From positions 43,524,001 to 43,588,000 of the forward strand of contig OX597821.1 in the NCBI GenBank assembly GCA_951406725.2: a stretch of 64,000 bases of DNA, written 5' to 3'. The notes under the pieces were generated by a model. That model made no database searches, had not been told where the DNA came from, and was given only the letters and a program-made list of their open reading frames with translations. The position numbers and the translations under genes are program-made. Source of the stretch: Octopus vulgaris. Taxonomy: Eukaryota. Below are positions 51,293-64,000 of this stretch, in pieces; position 1 is the stretch's first letter, and every line of letters begins with the position of its first letter.

Positions 51293-52369
51293 GTGTCAAT
51301 GACTCTCACCACAACACAATGGAAGCATGTTAACTCACTATCTCCAAAGAAAGCTTGTGTCCAACCCTCAATAGGCAAGGTGATGCTCACAGTGTGGAGT
51401 AGTGACAATGAATTTTCTGGCAAAGGGAAGCACAATTAATGGGGAATATTATGCTTCTTTGCTGCTGAAATTGTGGGATGCCATAAAAGCAGAGAGGTGT
51501 GGCATGCTGACCAAAGGAGTCCACCACCTCCAAGACAACATCCCAGTTCACAATGTGCATGTTGCCCAGATGAAAGCACACTCTTGCAGCTATGAAACCC
51601 TTCATCATCCCCCTTACTCTCCTGACTTTGCATCATCTGACTTCCACTTTTTTCCAACAATGAAATCTTTTTTGAAGGGGAAGCACTTTGTGGATGATGA
51701 TGACCTTATTTCCGAGGTAAACTTTTGGCTCCAGATGCACCCTACCCACCTCTACAGAAGGGGTTTTCACAACTGCATAAAGCAATGGGAGAAGTGTGTC
51801 ACCATTGGTAGTGGCTGTGTAGAGAAGGACTAATAATTATGCCAAGTTTCGTTTATTCCAGTTCTTGGGAAATGTGTCAGATGAAATCTTTAATGAACAC
51901 CCCTCTTATTTTCCATTCCAAGAATCAGCTTCTTCAAAAGTTGACCACAATATTCTACATATTAGAAATAAAGAACAACTAAGCAGAATCAGAGATAAAT
52001 ATCATCTCAGCCCAGTTGTCAACAGTATTTTTGTTGTTGTTGTCATTGGCATTAATGGCAGCATCAGTGACATTGTTGTCATTTTACATCCTTTTCCTAT
52101 GCTGGTGTGGGTTGGATGAGTCAATGCTGCTCTTATAGATGGATCAGAGAACCACAACATACTCCTCATAAGTTTCATTTTTGACTTAGCTTCTAAGGCT
52201 GGCTTCCCTTCCTAACATCACCAGTTTTATAGAGTGTACTGGGTGTATTGGTGTGTTTTATTATGGCACTGCACTTTGTCATATTTTTCCACAAAACTAA
52301 AGGAACTTCTTAACCTATACTTAAGAGAATTTGTTGGATACATTTTATCATGGCACCATCTCCGACATC

Positions 52370-52872
52370 TGTGGTGGAGGAATTAAAGGTTGTGAAATAC
52401 AGAGTAGTAATGATGCGCAGGGACTCCCAGGAAGAGCCTGTCAGGTATGCAGGCCTCACAACAAAGTCTGGGTGAAAGTGGATAGCCAGTCACACAAGCT
52501 GAAAGCAGGATGAAGCTACACTACATCATTGGTATTACATGCAGAGGATGGCAGGATCTTGGTTCTTGGTTCTGGGGGTCCCAATCTTCCGCCATTCTCT
52601 GAAGTTCTTTTGGCAGCCTACATTCACATACCTTCTCCCTTCTTTAAGCATGTCTCTGCTATAGGAATGCTATAGCAAGCATTTTCCTCTGGCGCTTGGG
52701 TTCACGGCCAGAAGCCTTATAAGGTGCAGAATATTTGAGTGACATTGTAGGGCTTGAAATAAATTCACAATTTTATTCACAAATGCAAAGAAACACCATA
52801 CACTCACCTCCAGAATTTTGTTTTCCATACAGTATGTATGGTTCTTTGTTTACTCATCTATGGTACACTACA
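52370..52872 (+). mobile_element. Possible solo LTR
   Basis: TGTGGTG ... CACTACA ends, TATAA near 52718 followed by AATAAA near 52758. The flanks catc/tatt give only an imperfect TSD. Confidence 0.4.
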
Positions 52873-52899
52873 TATTTTCTTTTAATAGATTTTAATTAA

Positions 52900-53134
52900 T
52901 GTGTTTTACAGTGCTGCAGTACTGTATTTTTATTAATTAATTAATTTTTAGGCATGAAAATGCTTATTTTACCACAGAAATAATTAAAATCTAAAAGAAT
53001 ATAAATACCTATTGGCTGCAGAAACCTGCAATACACTGAAGAGTCTGCGATATAAATTTACATATATTAGCCAGAAAAATCCGTAATGTACTGAGGGCAT
53101 GATAGGTGAACCGCAATAAGGCGAGTGATTACTG
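52900..53134. mobile_element. pogo/Tigger-like terminal fragment
   Basis: Ends GATAGGTGAACCGCAATAAGGCGAGTGATTACTG|TA, homologous to the reverse complement of 54901-54990. Confidence 0.6.
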
Positions 53135-53680
53135 TATTTCATTTTGGTTACTTTTTGTTTTTCTTTTTGCTTCAGAATTAATAAAAACAAACAAACTATT
53201 TTTGTAATTAGTAATTATTGAAAGTTGTTAGGTTTCTTTCTGAATGTGAGTAAATCTTCACAATGTCCAGGTATGTCACTTAGTGTGTGTGATTTGATTA
53301 ACAAAATGGAATGAAATGGTAATGTACTTTCGAGTCCCAAACTACAGAATATATGTCAAGCTATCTTACATGTCAAGCTATGAATATTTTGACAATTTGT
53401 ATCAATTAGCAAATATAAATTGAGGTCACATCTCTCAGAAACGAGATGTATTGTGGTGTTCAGGTTGGTGTATTCATGATAATGCATTCCTAAAAAAGAA
53501 GAATAGTTTACTATTTTACACATACACATCCTCACACATACAAACACATACAAACACACATGCATACACAAACGCACACACGTAAACATATACACAAACT
53601 TACACAGAAATATATAGACAGATACTCACACACACACACACACACAAACATCTACACACATGTGGGAGTATATGTTTGTG

Positions 53681-53712
<32 letters not shown>

Positions 53713-53714
53713 AT

Positions 53715-54010
53715 CGGTGGCATGTAAAAAGCACCATCCAATCGTGGCTGTTGCCAGCCTCGTCTGGTCTCCGTGCCGGTGGCACGTAAAAACCACCATC
53801 TGATCGTGGCCATTTGCCAGCCTCGTCTGGCACCTGTGCCAGTGGCATGTAAAAAGCACCCACTACACTCACGGAGTGGTTGGCATTAGGAAGGGCATCC
53901 AGCCATAGAAACATTGCCAGATGAGACTGGAGCCTGGTGCAGCCTTCTGGCTTCCCAGATCCCAGTTGAGCCGTCCAACCCATGCTAGCATGGAAAACGG
54001 ACGTTGAACA

Positions 54011-54048
<38 letters not shown>
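53715..54048 (+). mobile_element. RTE-tail repeat with internal GTGGCACGTAAAAAGCACC subrepeats and (GAT)n tail
   Basis: Same family as 31474 and 61663. Confidence 0.82.
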
Positions 54049-54049
<1 letters not shown>

Positions 54050-54250
54050 TATGTATGTAAATATTTATATATCCTTATTTTAATGTTCAGACGAAATTTA
54101 TTGAGATCTATTTTCTATCCCTAGATGCTCTTCCAGTCACTAACTCTCACATGTTCTCAAGTAAAGTAATATTTCCCTTGTCATTCAAGCAACAAACACT
54201 ACAATGCCTGGGCAATTTGTCACAGAAGATTACAACCAAATCACAAACAT

Positions 54251-54345
<95 letters not shown>

Positions 54346-54351
54346 TATATA

Positions 54352-54513
54352 TGACAGCTTCTTTCAGTTTCTGTCTACCAAATCCACTCACAAGGCTTTG
54401 GTCGACCCGAGGCTATAGTAGAAGACACTTGACCAAGGTGCCATGCAGTAGGACTGAACCCAGAACCATGTGGTTGGTAAGCAAGCTACTTACCACACAG
54501 CCAATACTGCACC
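54352..54513 (-). mobile_element. 5' half of a CORE-type tRNA SINE
   Basis: Matches 58590-58750. Confidence 0.8.
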
Positions 54514-54861
54514 TATATATATATTTTACAGAGAAGAAAGTAAATTTTGAATGCAGTTTAACTGTGAAAACTGCAGAAAGATTCAGTATTTTTACCCTTA
54601 TAACACAGAAAAGTTGTCTGTAAATGGCTACGGGACTCAAACCCGCACCCCCAGATATCAGCTGAGTACAGCACAATTAAGCTAAATGGCCCACTGACAA
54701 CAATCACCATCAAATTAAACACTAAAGAATTATAGCGACAACATTATGTAAACAAACTTTGGAAGCATTGAATGTATTTCATATTTTACAGACAAGAAAG
54801 TAAATTTTGAATGTAGTATAGCCATGAAAACAGCAGAAAAATTAGTTTACATAATGTTGTC

Positions 54862-54900
<39 letters not shown>

Positions 54901-54902
<2 letters not shown>

Positions 54903-55082
54903 GTACCCTCTCGTCATATTGCAGCTCACCTGTCGCACACTCAGTGCATCATGGTTCACCTACCATGCACTCGGTATATCACGGGTTTCTGCTGCCAATA
55001 GATATTTATATGTTTTTTAGATTTTAATTATTTCTGTGGGACGTTTTGAAACGGGACACCCATGATAGCCGAGGGATTACTG
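54901..55082. mobile_element. pogo/Tigger-like MITE
   Basis: TIRs CAGTACCCTCTCG / CGAGGGATTACTG|TA in a (TA)n context. Confidence 0.7.
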
Positions 55083-55114
55083 TATATATACTGAGATAGA
55101 TAGATAGATATATG

Positions 55115-55201
<87 letters not shown>

Positions 55202-55202
55202 T

Positions 55203-55650
<448 letters not shown>

Positions 55651-56564
55651 GAGAGTGAGTATATATATATCAGGCTTTCAGTTTCAATTTAGAAACCTTC
55701 TGCTGACCTGAAGCTATATTAGAAAACACCCTAAAGTACACTTGTGGGGCTGAATCTGAAAAATGTTGTTGTGAAGCAAACTTCTTAATCACAGAGCCAT
55801 GTTTATTTATGTATGCGTATATGAGTATACACACACAAACACACATACACATACACACACACATACATACATACATACACACATATACATATATATTTCT
55901 TGCTTTCTTTCATCTCTCATTTCAGCATGCTGTGAAGATTTTTACTTCTGAAAAAATACATGTGCACATCAAAAAGACAACAACAGCCCCCAAAATAACA
56001 ACTCAAAGAAACACCATAGCATCTGTTGAATGACTTATCTCATCTACACCCCATAGATGAGATAGCAAAAAATATTGCCACACAGAACAGTTTGTGATAG
56101 ACATTCTACCTCATAGGGTTCTCTCTTCAGGCATGACACCAACATCTGAGTTTAATAAAAGAGGGCAGCAGTCTGGTGACTGAGAATATCAGAAGTCAGT
56201 GACTGGCTTAAAAAGAAATTTGTTGGTTAATGACTATTATTTAGTCATCTTCTGTTCCCTGAATGGCAGGTAGTAGCGCCTGGGTTTAATGACCGAGGTG
56301 TGATAGAGAAAGTATCAAAATAGAGTATAGCATAGCGGTCATTACCATGGGGTGTGGCTGAGCACCCCACTTTTTTCTGGGATATAGCACATTGCCTCCT
56401 TTCTTTCCACCTTCCACTGCTTTACTCACCTCCACCTTTTTCTTTCTTTTCTTCCCTTTTCATTCTTTTCCCTTCTCCTTCCTCAATCTTTGTATCTGTG
56501 TGAATCTTTCAAAATTTGAAACCATTATGTGTCTTCATGCTGTGATCATTTTAATTTCAACAGA

Positions 56565-56773
56565 TGAGAGGGTGCTGAAAAGTTTCTGGCTTTGGGTAAA
56601 AGAAAATACAGAATGATCAGTTACTTATGATTTCATACAGCACATTCCCCTCTCAGATTCGCACACTTACTACAGCAGTTTTTCTCAGCCTGTAAAAGAA
56701 CTCAGAAGGCTGGGCCTCCAGCCAAGGCCTTTTGCAATACTCTTAAAGCCAGAAACTTTCCAGTACCTCCTCA
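56565..56773. mobile_element. Mariner MITE (about 209 bp)
   Basis: TIRs TGAGAGGGTGCTGAAAAGTTTCTGGCTTT / AAAGCCAGAAACTTTCCAGTACCTCCTCA|TA. Confidence 0.82.
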
Positions 56774-56806
56774 TAAGGTCTCAGATGAAATCACTTGCCT
56801 GGCATG

Positions 56807-57077
56807 GTTAGAGCAGCAGACTCAGGATCGCGGGATCGAATCTCAGACTGGGTGATGTGTATGTTTATGAGTGAAACACCTAAGCTCCACGTGGCTCCGA
56901 CAGAAGGTAATGGCAAACTTCTGCTGACTCCTTCGCCAAAACTTTCTCTCTCTCTTTCCTCCTGCATCTTGCAGCTCACTTGCGACGGACCGGCGTCCTG
57001 TCTATGTGGGGAACCTATACGCTACGGAAACAGGGAAACTGGCTCTTATGAGCCAGGCTTGGCTGAAGAAGGAACAA
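56807..57077 (+). mobile_element. tRNA-derived SINE (third family) with 14-bp TSD
   Basis: TSD ACTTGCCTGGCATG at 56793-56806 and 57078-57091. Head GTTAGAGC...GGGATCGAATCTC and tail GACCGGCGTCCTGTC..GGGG...CTACGGAAAC. Confidence 0.82.
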
Positions 57078-57496
57078 ACTTGCCTGGCATGTACACCTTC
57101 AAAACAAGGTTCTGAGATATGAAAAAGTAGGTAAATAGAATACTGAGATGTTCATGAGTTTTCCAAGAATATTGGCAACGTAGGTGAAGTGAATTAGCTT
57201 CAACCAAACATCAAAACTAAGTCATATTTTGACTTTACTGACAGCATACTATAACATAGTATTCAGTATTTAAACCTATAAATTTGTGAATTTGGACTTT
57301 CAGGAATGAGGAAAAGAACTTTAATTTATACAATTTAAAAAGAAACCTTTAAACAACCAGTTTTCATAGGAGCAGCAAGGGTGGGGGCTAGTAGTGGCTA
57401 CTGAGATGGTTTGTCTTCCCTAAGCCTTACAAGTGAAACAAAATAACTTGGAACATAAATTTTAAAATTTGGTCAAGGAGCATCAGGAGAATATCC

Positions 57497-57521
57497 TCGT
57501 CGTCGTCGTTGTCGTTGTCGC

Positions 57522-57586
<65 letters not shown>

Positions 57587-57915
57587 ACATCCTCCTCATC
57601 ACCACCACCACCACCACCACCACCACCACCACCACCACCACCACTATCCGCCACCGCCACCACCGCCACCACCACCACCATTAGGCAGATAGAAAACGAC
57701 AAACAGCTGCCAAAAGGATTGCTACATCAAGAATTAAAAGTAGTAGAAATTGTAGCAGTAGTGGTTATGGTGGTGGTGGTAATAGATGTAGTAACAGTGG
57801 TAGTAATTGTAGTGGTGGTTATGGTGTTGCTGGTGGAGGTGGTGATGGTGGCATGGTGGTGGTAGTAGAAATTGTAGCAGTAGTGGTGATAGTGGTACCA
57901 GCAGCAGTAGTAGTG
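57497..57915. repeat. Compound trinucleotide low-complexity tract (CGT/CAT/CAC then GTA/GTG)
   Basis: Directly visible. A similar tract lies at 60575-60830. Confidence 0.92.
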
Positions 57916-58338
57916 GCCACAACACTATTGTACACAACGTGGTTGATGTACCAACAGTAGCAGTCGGTAATTGTAAGTGCAGCTGTTTTCTGAGTGCGCC
58001 TCAACTACATTATGGTGTGATGTATCTATTGTCGTTGTGTACTCAACACTGACACACATATCAGTACTCGACTAATATTTCTCAGGAATTCTATAAACTT
58101 TGTAGGTTGTATGGCATCAGGTGCTTCTCACCACATAGTTGTTATTAAATAGATGACATACAGACATAATACTGTTTGCGAGTATCTTGTTCTCTCGGCA
58201 CCTGTTAAAATGGAACACTAAGGGCTCAATCTTGTCAGACCCAGAGGGCCTAAAATAGTCACGGGGCATGATTTTTTCATCCAGACCCAACAAGAAAAAG
58301 AAGAAATTCTTTACATTTGATGAGAGGCAGGGTGATAT

Positions 58339-58750
58339 ACTCTTTACTCTTTTACTTGTTTCAGTCATTTGACTGTGGCCATGCTGGAGCACCACCTTTA
58401 GTTGAGCAAATCGATCCCAGGACTTATTCTTTGTAAGCCTAGTACTTATTCTATCAGTCTCTTTTGCCGAACTGCTAAGTTACAAGGACTAAACACGCCA
58501 GCATCAGTTGTCAAGCGATGTTGGGGGGACAAACACAGACACACAAACATATACACACACACATACATATATATACATACATATATACGATGGGCTTCTT
58601 TCAGTTTCCACCTACCAAATCCACTCACAAGGCTTTGGTTGGCCCGAGGCTATAGTAGAAGACACTTGCCCAAGGTGCCACGCAGTGGGACTGAACCTGG
58701 AACCATGTGGCTCGTAAGCAAGCTACTTACCACACAGCCACTCCTACGCC
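58339..58750 (-). mobile_element. tRNA-derived CORE-type SINE, best-preserved copy
   Basis: Minus strand GGCGTAGGAGTGGCTGTGTGGTAAG (A box), GGTTCAGTCCC (B-like), TGGCACCTTGGGCAAGTGTCTT (CORE-like), and tail GGTGCTCCAGCATGGCCACAGTCAAATGACTGAAACAAGTAAAAGAGT. Confidence 0.9.
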
Positions 58751-59146
58751 TATGATATATGATGTTTTAATGAAGATGTTATAATAGAAACACAATTTTG
58801 ATTCAGTTTCTGTTTTGAACTCTTCTACTCCTCCCTCCACTCCTCTAACTATGACCACAACTATTTCTGTTGTTCAGAACTAGTGGGTGTCAAAATGCCT
58901 CCACCTGAGTCTACTTGACACTTGTGTCTCTTTCTCTTCTCCAAGTCTCACACCAACCACAATGTTCATCTCTTCTTCCTACACAAAATTATCAGCTTCT
59001 GGAAATTCCTTCTAAACCCACATCTTTCCTGCAACGAACAGCCACCATATCAATCTGCTCAGGGTACTGCCCCTTCCCTCCATTGTTGACTAAACCATCA
59101 ATAAATAGACTGAACTCTTACAGTTAATGTTTGCACATCACTATCT

Positions 59147-59186
<40 letters not shown>

Positions 59187-59442
59187 CCACTCAGAGAAAG
59201 GAAGGAAACAACTACTTCAACCTGACTTACTTTTCACACATTTTAATTTATTCCACCCACAAAATCACGATTTACAGTTTATAATAAATAAATATTTACT
59301 GGGAAAAACATGCAGAAATACATGTTGAAGTAAACTTGCTACTTCACACAATTTCTGTTTTCAGCATATTTATTTATCTATTTCCTATTGAGTTAAACTT
59401 GTTAATATTATATACAGGGTGTGATATAAAAGAAATACCTTC

Positions 59443-60041
59443 AGGCGGTGAGCTGGCAGAAACATTAGCATGCTGGGCGAAATGCTTAGCGGTATTTCGT
59501 CTGCCGTTACATTCTGGGTTCAAATTCTGCTGAGGTTGACTTTGCCTTTCATCCTTTCGAGGTTGATAAATTAAGTACTAGTTATGCACTGGGGTCGATG
59601 TAATCGACTTAATCCCCTTGTCTGTCCTTGTTTGTCCCCTCTGTGTTTAGCCCCTTGTGGGTAATAAAGAAATAGGTATTTTGTCTGCCGTTACGTTCTG
59701 GGTTCAAATTATGCTGAGGTCGACTTTGCCTTTCATCCTTTCGGGGTCGATAAATTAAGTACCAGTTATGCAATGGGGTCGATGTAATCGACTTAATCCC
59801 CTTGTCTGTCCTTGTTTGTCCCCTCTGTGTTTAGCCCCTTGTGGGTAGTAAAGAAATAGGTATTTTGTCTGCCGTTACATTCTGAGTTCAAATTCTGCAG
59901 AGGTCGACTTTGCCTTTTATCCTCTCGGGGTCGATAAATTAAGTACCAGTTATGCACTGGGGTCTATGTAATTGGCTTAACCTCTTTGTCTGTCCTTGTT
60001 TGTCCCCTCTATGTTTAGCCCCTTGTGGGAAATAAAGAAAT
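59443..60041 (+). mobile_element. Meta/MESC-like tRNA SINE with its body triplicated in tandem (184-bp period)
   Basis: Units start at 59491, 59675 and 59859. There is one A-box head, and the TSD AAGAAATACCT lies at 59430-59440 and 60042-60052. Confidence 0.9.
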
Positions 60042-60637
60042 AAGAAATACCTCCCATATTTTAGACAGACATTGGTGTGAATGATAGTGAAGTTAGGCAG
60101 GTGATAGTGGTGTCTTTATGTAGATAGTGTTTTATTGTTATTTGTCTTAGTTACTATTACAGTTTGGTCCAGTATACATTGCGCATTTTACTACTGAAAT
60201 GTTTATCAAGAATGGTGAATATGAGTTTATTTTTGTTGCACCCTGTACTTTTTAGTTCTTTTTCTCTTTTCCTTCTTCTACCTCTTCTTTATTGTCTGTC
60301 TTTTTTCCTTTCCTCCTCCCCATTTACATCACTTCCTCCTCTCTTCCTAATACAAACCGCTACCATAAAGAAGAAGAAGCAATTTTTCTCATAAAGCTGA
60401 CTCCACCAGTTTTAATTCCCAGTTGCAGCCATTTCACTTTTTATTTATTTTAGTTTTATTTTAGTATTATTTTATTATTTTTTCACACTGATAGTAGATG
60501 TGAGACAAGCTTGTTGAGGCTTCACGCACTTTCATTTTTCCTCACAAAAAAATATGAAGTCATGTGACTGTAGTATCACCATCATCATCATCGTAATCAC
60601 CACCACCACCACCACAACCACCACCACCACCACCACT

Positions 60638-60668
<31 letters not shown>

Positions 60669-60849
60669 TCATCATCATCATCATCATCACCATTGCCATT
60701 ATCATCATTGTTGTCATTATTGTCATTGTTGTAAATGTATTCCTGCTCTTCATCATTATTCTTGTTATTATTACCATCATTGTCATCACCATCATCATCT
60801 TCACCACCACAACCACCACCACCACCGTCTTATTTTGATGGAATTGCTG

Positions 60850-61085
60850 TGCTGGAGAAACACCCTTTGTCATCTTCATGACTTTCAATTTCTTGAGATC
60901 ATGCTTCATCACTTTGTCCCACATCTTCCCATGTTTGTCTCTTCCATAGGTCCTTTCCACTAGTATTGCTTGACATCTCTTTACCAAACTGCTATTCTCC
61001 ATACGCATCACATGCCCAGGATTAGCTCAGTCTCCTCTCTAGTAAGCTGCATCTGGTTCCTCTCAAGCCCTGTCTTTCACTCAGC
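60850..61085 (-). mobile_element. RTE LINE C-terminal fragment
   Basis: GHVMRMENSSLVKRCQAILVERTYGRDKHGKMWDKVMKHDL resembles the RTE C-terminal GHVxR...GRPxxxW motif. Confidence 0.7.
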
Positions 61086-61624
61086 TCACTTGCACTTGGT
61101 TGTTCAATTACACTAACAAACACATTCAACAGACAATGTTAACCTCAGGTTCTTCCTTTCACTCCTATACCATCTCTATTGTTGATTGGGAAACCTATTT
61201 AACAGAAACTGTTAACTACTTCTTAGGCATTTTTCAGGAATTTGAACTTATTCTATTCATAACTATTCTTAATGATCTGTGCATCTGCAACATGCAAGGA
61301 AAAGCCAATAATATTTAGACACGTTTCTGAAGTTAGGTATGGTTGTGTGGTAAAGAAGTTTGCTTCCTAACTGCATGGTTTCAGGTTCAGTTCTGCTGTG
61401 TAGCATCTTAGATAAATATCTTCTACTATAGTCCTAGGCCAAACTAAAGCTTTGTAAGTGGATTTGGTAGATGAAGACTGAAAAAAGTTTGTTCTTTTCA
61501 TATATGTATATGTAAATAATACTGAACACTTTATTTGATATACCCATTCTACTACCAAATACATGAGTGCATTTTTTCTGATTTATGGATTCTAAAAGGT
61601 TATATATATGTATGTGTATATATG

Positions 61625-61660
<36 letters not shown>

Positions 61661-61662
61661 AT

Positions 61663-61991
61663 ACCAGTGCTGGTGGCATGTTAAAGAACCATCTGAACGT
61701 GGCCGTTGCCAGCGCCACCTTGACTGGCTTCTGTGCCGGTGGCACATAAAAAGCACCAACCGATCGTAGCTGTTGCCAGCCTTCCCTGGCACCTGTGCCA
61801 GTGGCACGTAAAAAGCACCCACTACACTCACGGAGTGGTTAGCGTTAGGAAGGGTATCCAGCTGTAGAAATACTGCAAAATCAGACTGGAGCCTGGTGCA
61901 GCCTTCTGGCTTCCCAGACCCCGGTCGAACCATCCAACCCATGCTAGCATGGAAAGCAGACGTTAAACGATGATGATGATGATGATGATGA
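61663..61991 (+). mobile_element. RTE-tail repeat with (GAT)n tail
   Basis: Same family as 53715-54048. Confidence 0.82.
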
Positions 61992-62064
61992 TTTATGTAT
62001 GTATGTATATATGCATGCATATATATATATGTATGTATAGATAAAGTTAGATAAGGCCAGCTTA

Positions 62065-62127
62065 TGGGATTTCCCTGGGTTTCACATCCATAAAGTGCTT
62101 AGCTTTACAGTATATTGTCAGATCCCA
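62065..62127 (-). ncRNA. Degenerate minimal hammerhead-ribozyme motif
   Basis: TGGGAT CTGACAA [TATACTGTAAAG CTAAGCA CTTTATGGATGT] GAAA CCCAGGG AA ATCCCA. Stem II is homologous to the 30917-31047 copies. Confidence 0.6.
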
Positions 62128-62285
62128 AACCTGCTGGCTCATGGCTTCTCTAGCAAATGACCTTTCTAGAAAATGGAGGAGGGAAAGACTTTATTACTAT
62201 GTCAATAACAGGGGATTGTTTCCATTTGGCTGAGAATCATAAATGACGCTGTTACCATGTGGGTCCCAGTAGGCCAGCAGGGATT

Positions 62286-62325
<40 letters not shown>

Positions 62326-62475
62326 ACCATCTAAGTCAGGAAGAATATTCCATGATTGCCATCTGAAGAGCATAGTGTTACGTAATCAGGCTGTCAGCTA
62401 ACATTCTGTTGAATCTCTAGTTCGAAACCGATTGGTAAGATTGGCCACAATGGATATACAATACTGTATACTTTG

Positions 62476-62606
<131 letters not shown>

Positions 62607-63779
62607 ATATGTATTACGTTGTGTGTGTAAGTGAGTGTGTGTGCATGAGTGTATCATTGTCACCTTTTCTTGACATTGTATGATAGTTGTAAACAAGCAT
62701 CCCTGTTATACAAGTGGTGTCTTTCATTTCCAGTCTTCCATGAAAAACATGTTTCGTCATGGGGAAATATTATCTTGTGGCAGCAAGAAGGGTATTTGGC
62801 CATGGAAATCTGCTTCAGTGAATTCTGTCTGACCCATGTGAGCATGGAAATGTGAATGTTATAACATTGAGGATGATGATTTCTTAATTTTATTGAAATT
62901 TGAATTCACAGAAACAATGAAAACCAATTTCTAGAAAAAACTAAAAGTGTTTTTTTGAAAAAAACAAAACAAAAAACCACTTAATTTTAATATTTATAAC
63001 TTTATTCTTATAGACTAACTTTATTGCATGTCTTAAACTGTATTCAATGAAGTTATTTTTTTCAAATATTCATTTACAAACGAAGTAATTACTTCAAGGA
63101 TAAAAAAATCTAAGAAAAGAAAGAAACCCTAGCAAATATGCAATTTCCTTCATGTTTTCCATGGCTTGATGTTATTAACTAGACAGTTGAAGCATTAAAT
63201 TGTCATCAAGGACTTGATCTTCTGATTACTTCTGTGATATAATTTGATGACATTAACAGATTTATTCTAGATGAGTGATCATCATCAAAGAAAAGCCAAT
63301 ATATTTATTTATGTATTTTTTTTCTGGATTATCATGAGAGTAATGGATATTGGAAAATGTCCTTAAAGTAAACCATTGGGTTTGTGGGTGAACAGAAACA
63401 TAGTAAAAATAATATATTTTATATTTAAGTTCAGTCTCTGCCTGAAATGACATATATCCAGTGCAAACTGCTTAACCATTGTAAGATATTAACATATAAG
63501 AAAGAATTAAATAGTAAAGATGAAAGAGAAATATAAATAGTAGTAGTTGTAATTTGTCATTTCAATGTCTTTGTGTTCATGAACTTTGTTTTTTTTTATT
63601 AATTATCAAGCATTGCAATATAATTTTGTGTAATAATATCATTTTAATATCATGCAGTTTTGTATAAATCTTCACACACCTGTCTGCAAACCTGTTTCAA
63701 TTTATTCAATTAAGTCATCCACCTGTTATTTCTACACTTTTATTTTTTCCCTTTGCCTGCATACATAATTGTACACACA

Positions 63780-63836
<57 letters not shown>

Positions 63837-64000
63837 ACACACACACACACACATATATTTACATACATGCATACATACATACATACACACACATATATAT
63901 ATATTAAGGAAGTAATTTTTTATTCTCAAATGCAGAATAATGCTAATAATATAGCATGAACAGGATAAACTACCCATATTTTGCAGAAAAATGTGTTGGC

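Larger units (their letters stand above)
49552..51316 (-). mobile_element. Small non-autonomous LTR retroelement (about 160-bp LTRs)
   Basis: 5-bp TSD CAATG (49547-49551 and 51317-51321). Direct repeats at 49552-49711 and 50815-50964, the latter with its end at 51305-51316. On minus there is a PBS-like TGGTGAAGC after one LTR and a PPT-like AAAGGGGTGA before the other. Confidence 0.82.
48859..51906 (+). mobile_element. Full-length decayed mariner split by a nested insertion (49552-51316)
   Basis: TIRs TGAGGGGTGTTCATTAAAGATTTC / GAAATCTTTAATGAACACCCCTC with TA. The transposase runs from ATG 49027 (MEAVECRPVIRFLYLKG...QDETWIHHYDPEMKVQSKQ) and resumes at 51317 (QWKH..PKKA...HLQDNIPVH...HPPYSPDFASSDFHFF...WEKCV). 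Confidence 0.94.

Noticed and set aside
53715-53860. CRISPR-like repeat-spacer pattern (GTGGCACGTAAAAA repeats; also 59491-60041 and 50280-50690)
   Set aside because: The intervening sequences are homologous to each other, the context is a eukaryotic retroposon, and there are no cas genes.
57427-58004. Poly-Ser/Pro/Asp/Gly ORFs
   Set aside because: Trinucleotide repeats are open in several frames on both strands, and I see no domain or clear splice context.

Overview
Eukaryotic, very AT-rich, microsatellite-dense genomic DNA. The SINE families and (TA)n/(CA)n load strongly suggest a coleoid cephalopod, probably Octopus (inference). The only convincing host gene is the 3' part of a TSC22-domain (TSC22D/bunched/GILZ family) gene on +: a 46-nt TSC-box exon (15122-15167), a terminal leucine-zipper exon (21626-21820) and a probable 2-kb 3' UTR. 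Most of the rest is transposon debris: mariner, Tc1 and pogo elements and MITEs; L1/Tx1, RTE and Penelope-like fragments; a Helitron 3' end; several tRNA-derived SINE families; a 5S-headed SINE candidate; a tRNA-Thr pseudogene; and a nested mariner>LTR>(SINE, hAT) insertion. Most of the supplied ORFs are microsatellite artefacts. Highlights are (1) a hidden, in-phase paralogous copy of the TSC-box exon in the last intron (about 19351-19479), which predicts alternative TSC22 isoforms, with a candidate dual-frame first exon at about 6293-6313; (2) six degenerate minimal hammerhead-ribozyme motifs, two with compensatory stem changes; (3) a 5S-rRNA-headed SINE sharing a covarying 3' stem-loop with a tRNA SINE; and (4) several long foldbacks. 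Coordinates were counted by hand and repeat ends may be off by a few bases.
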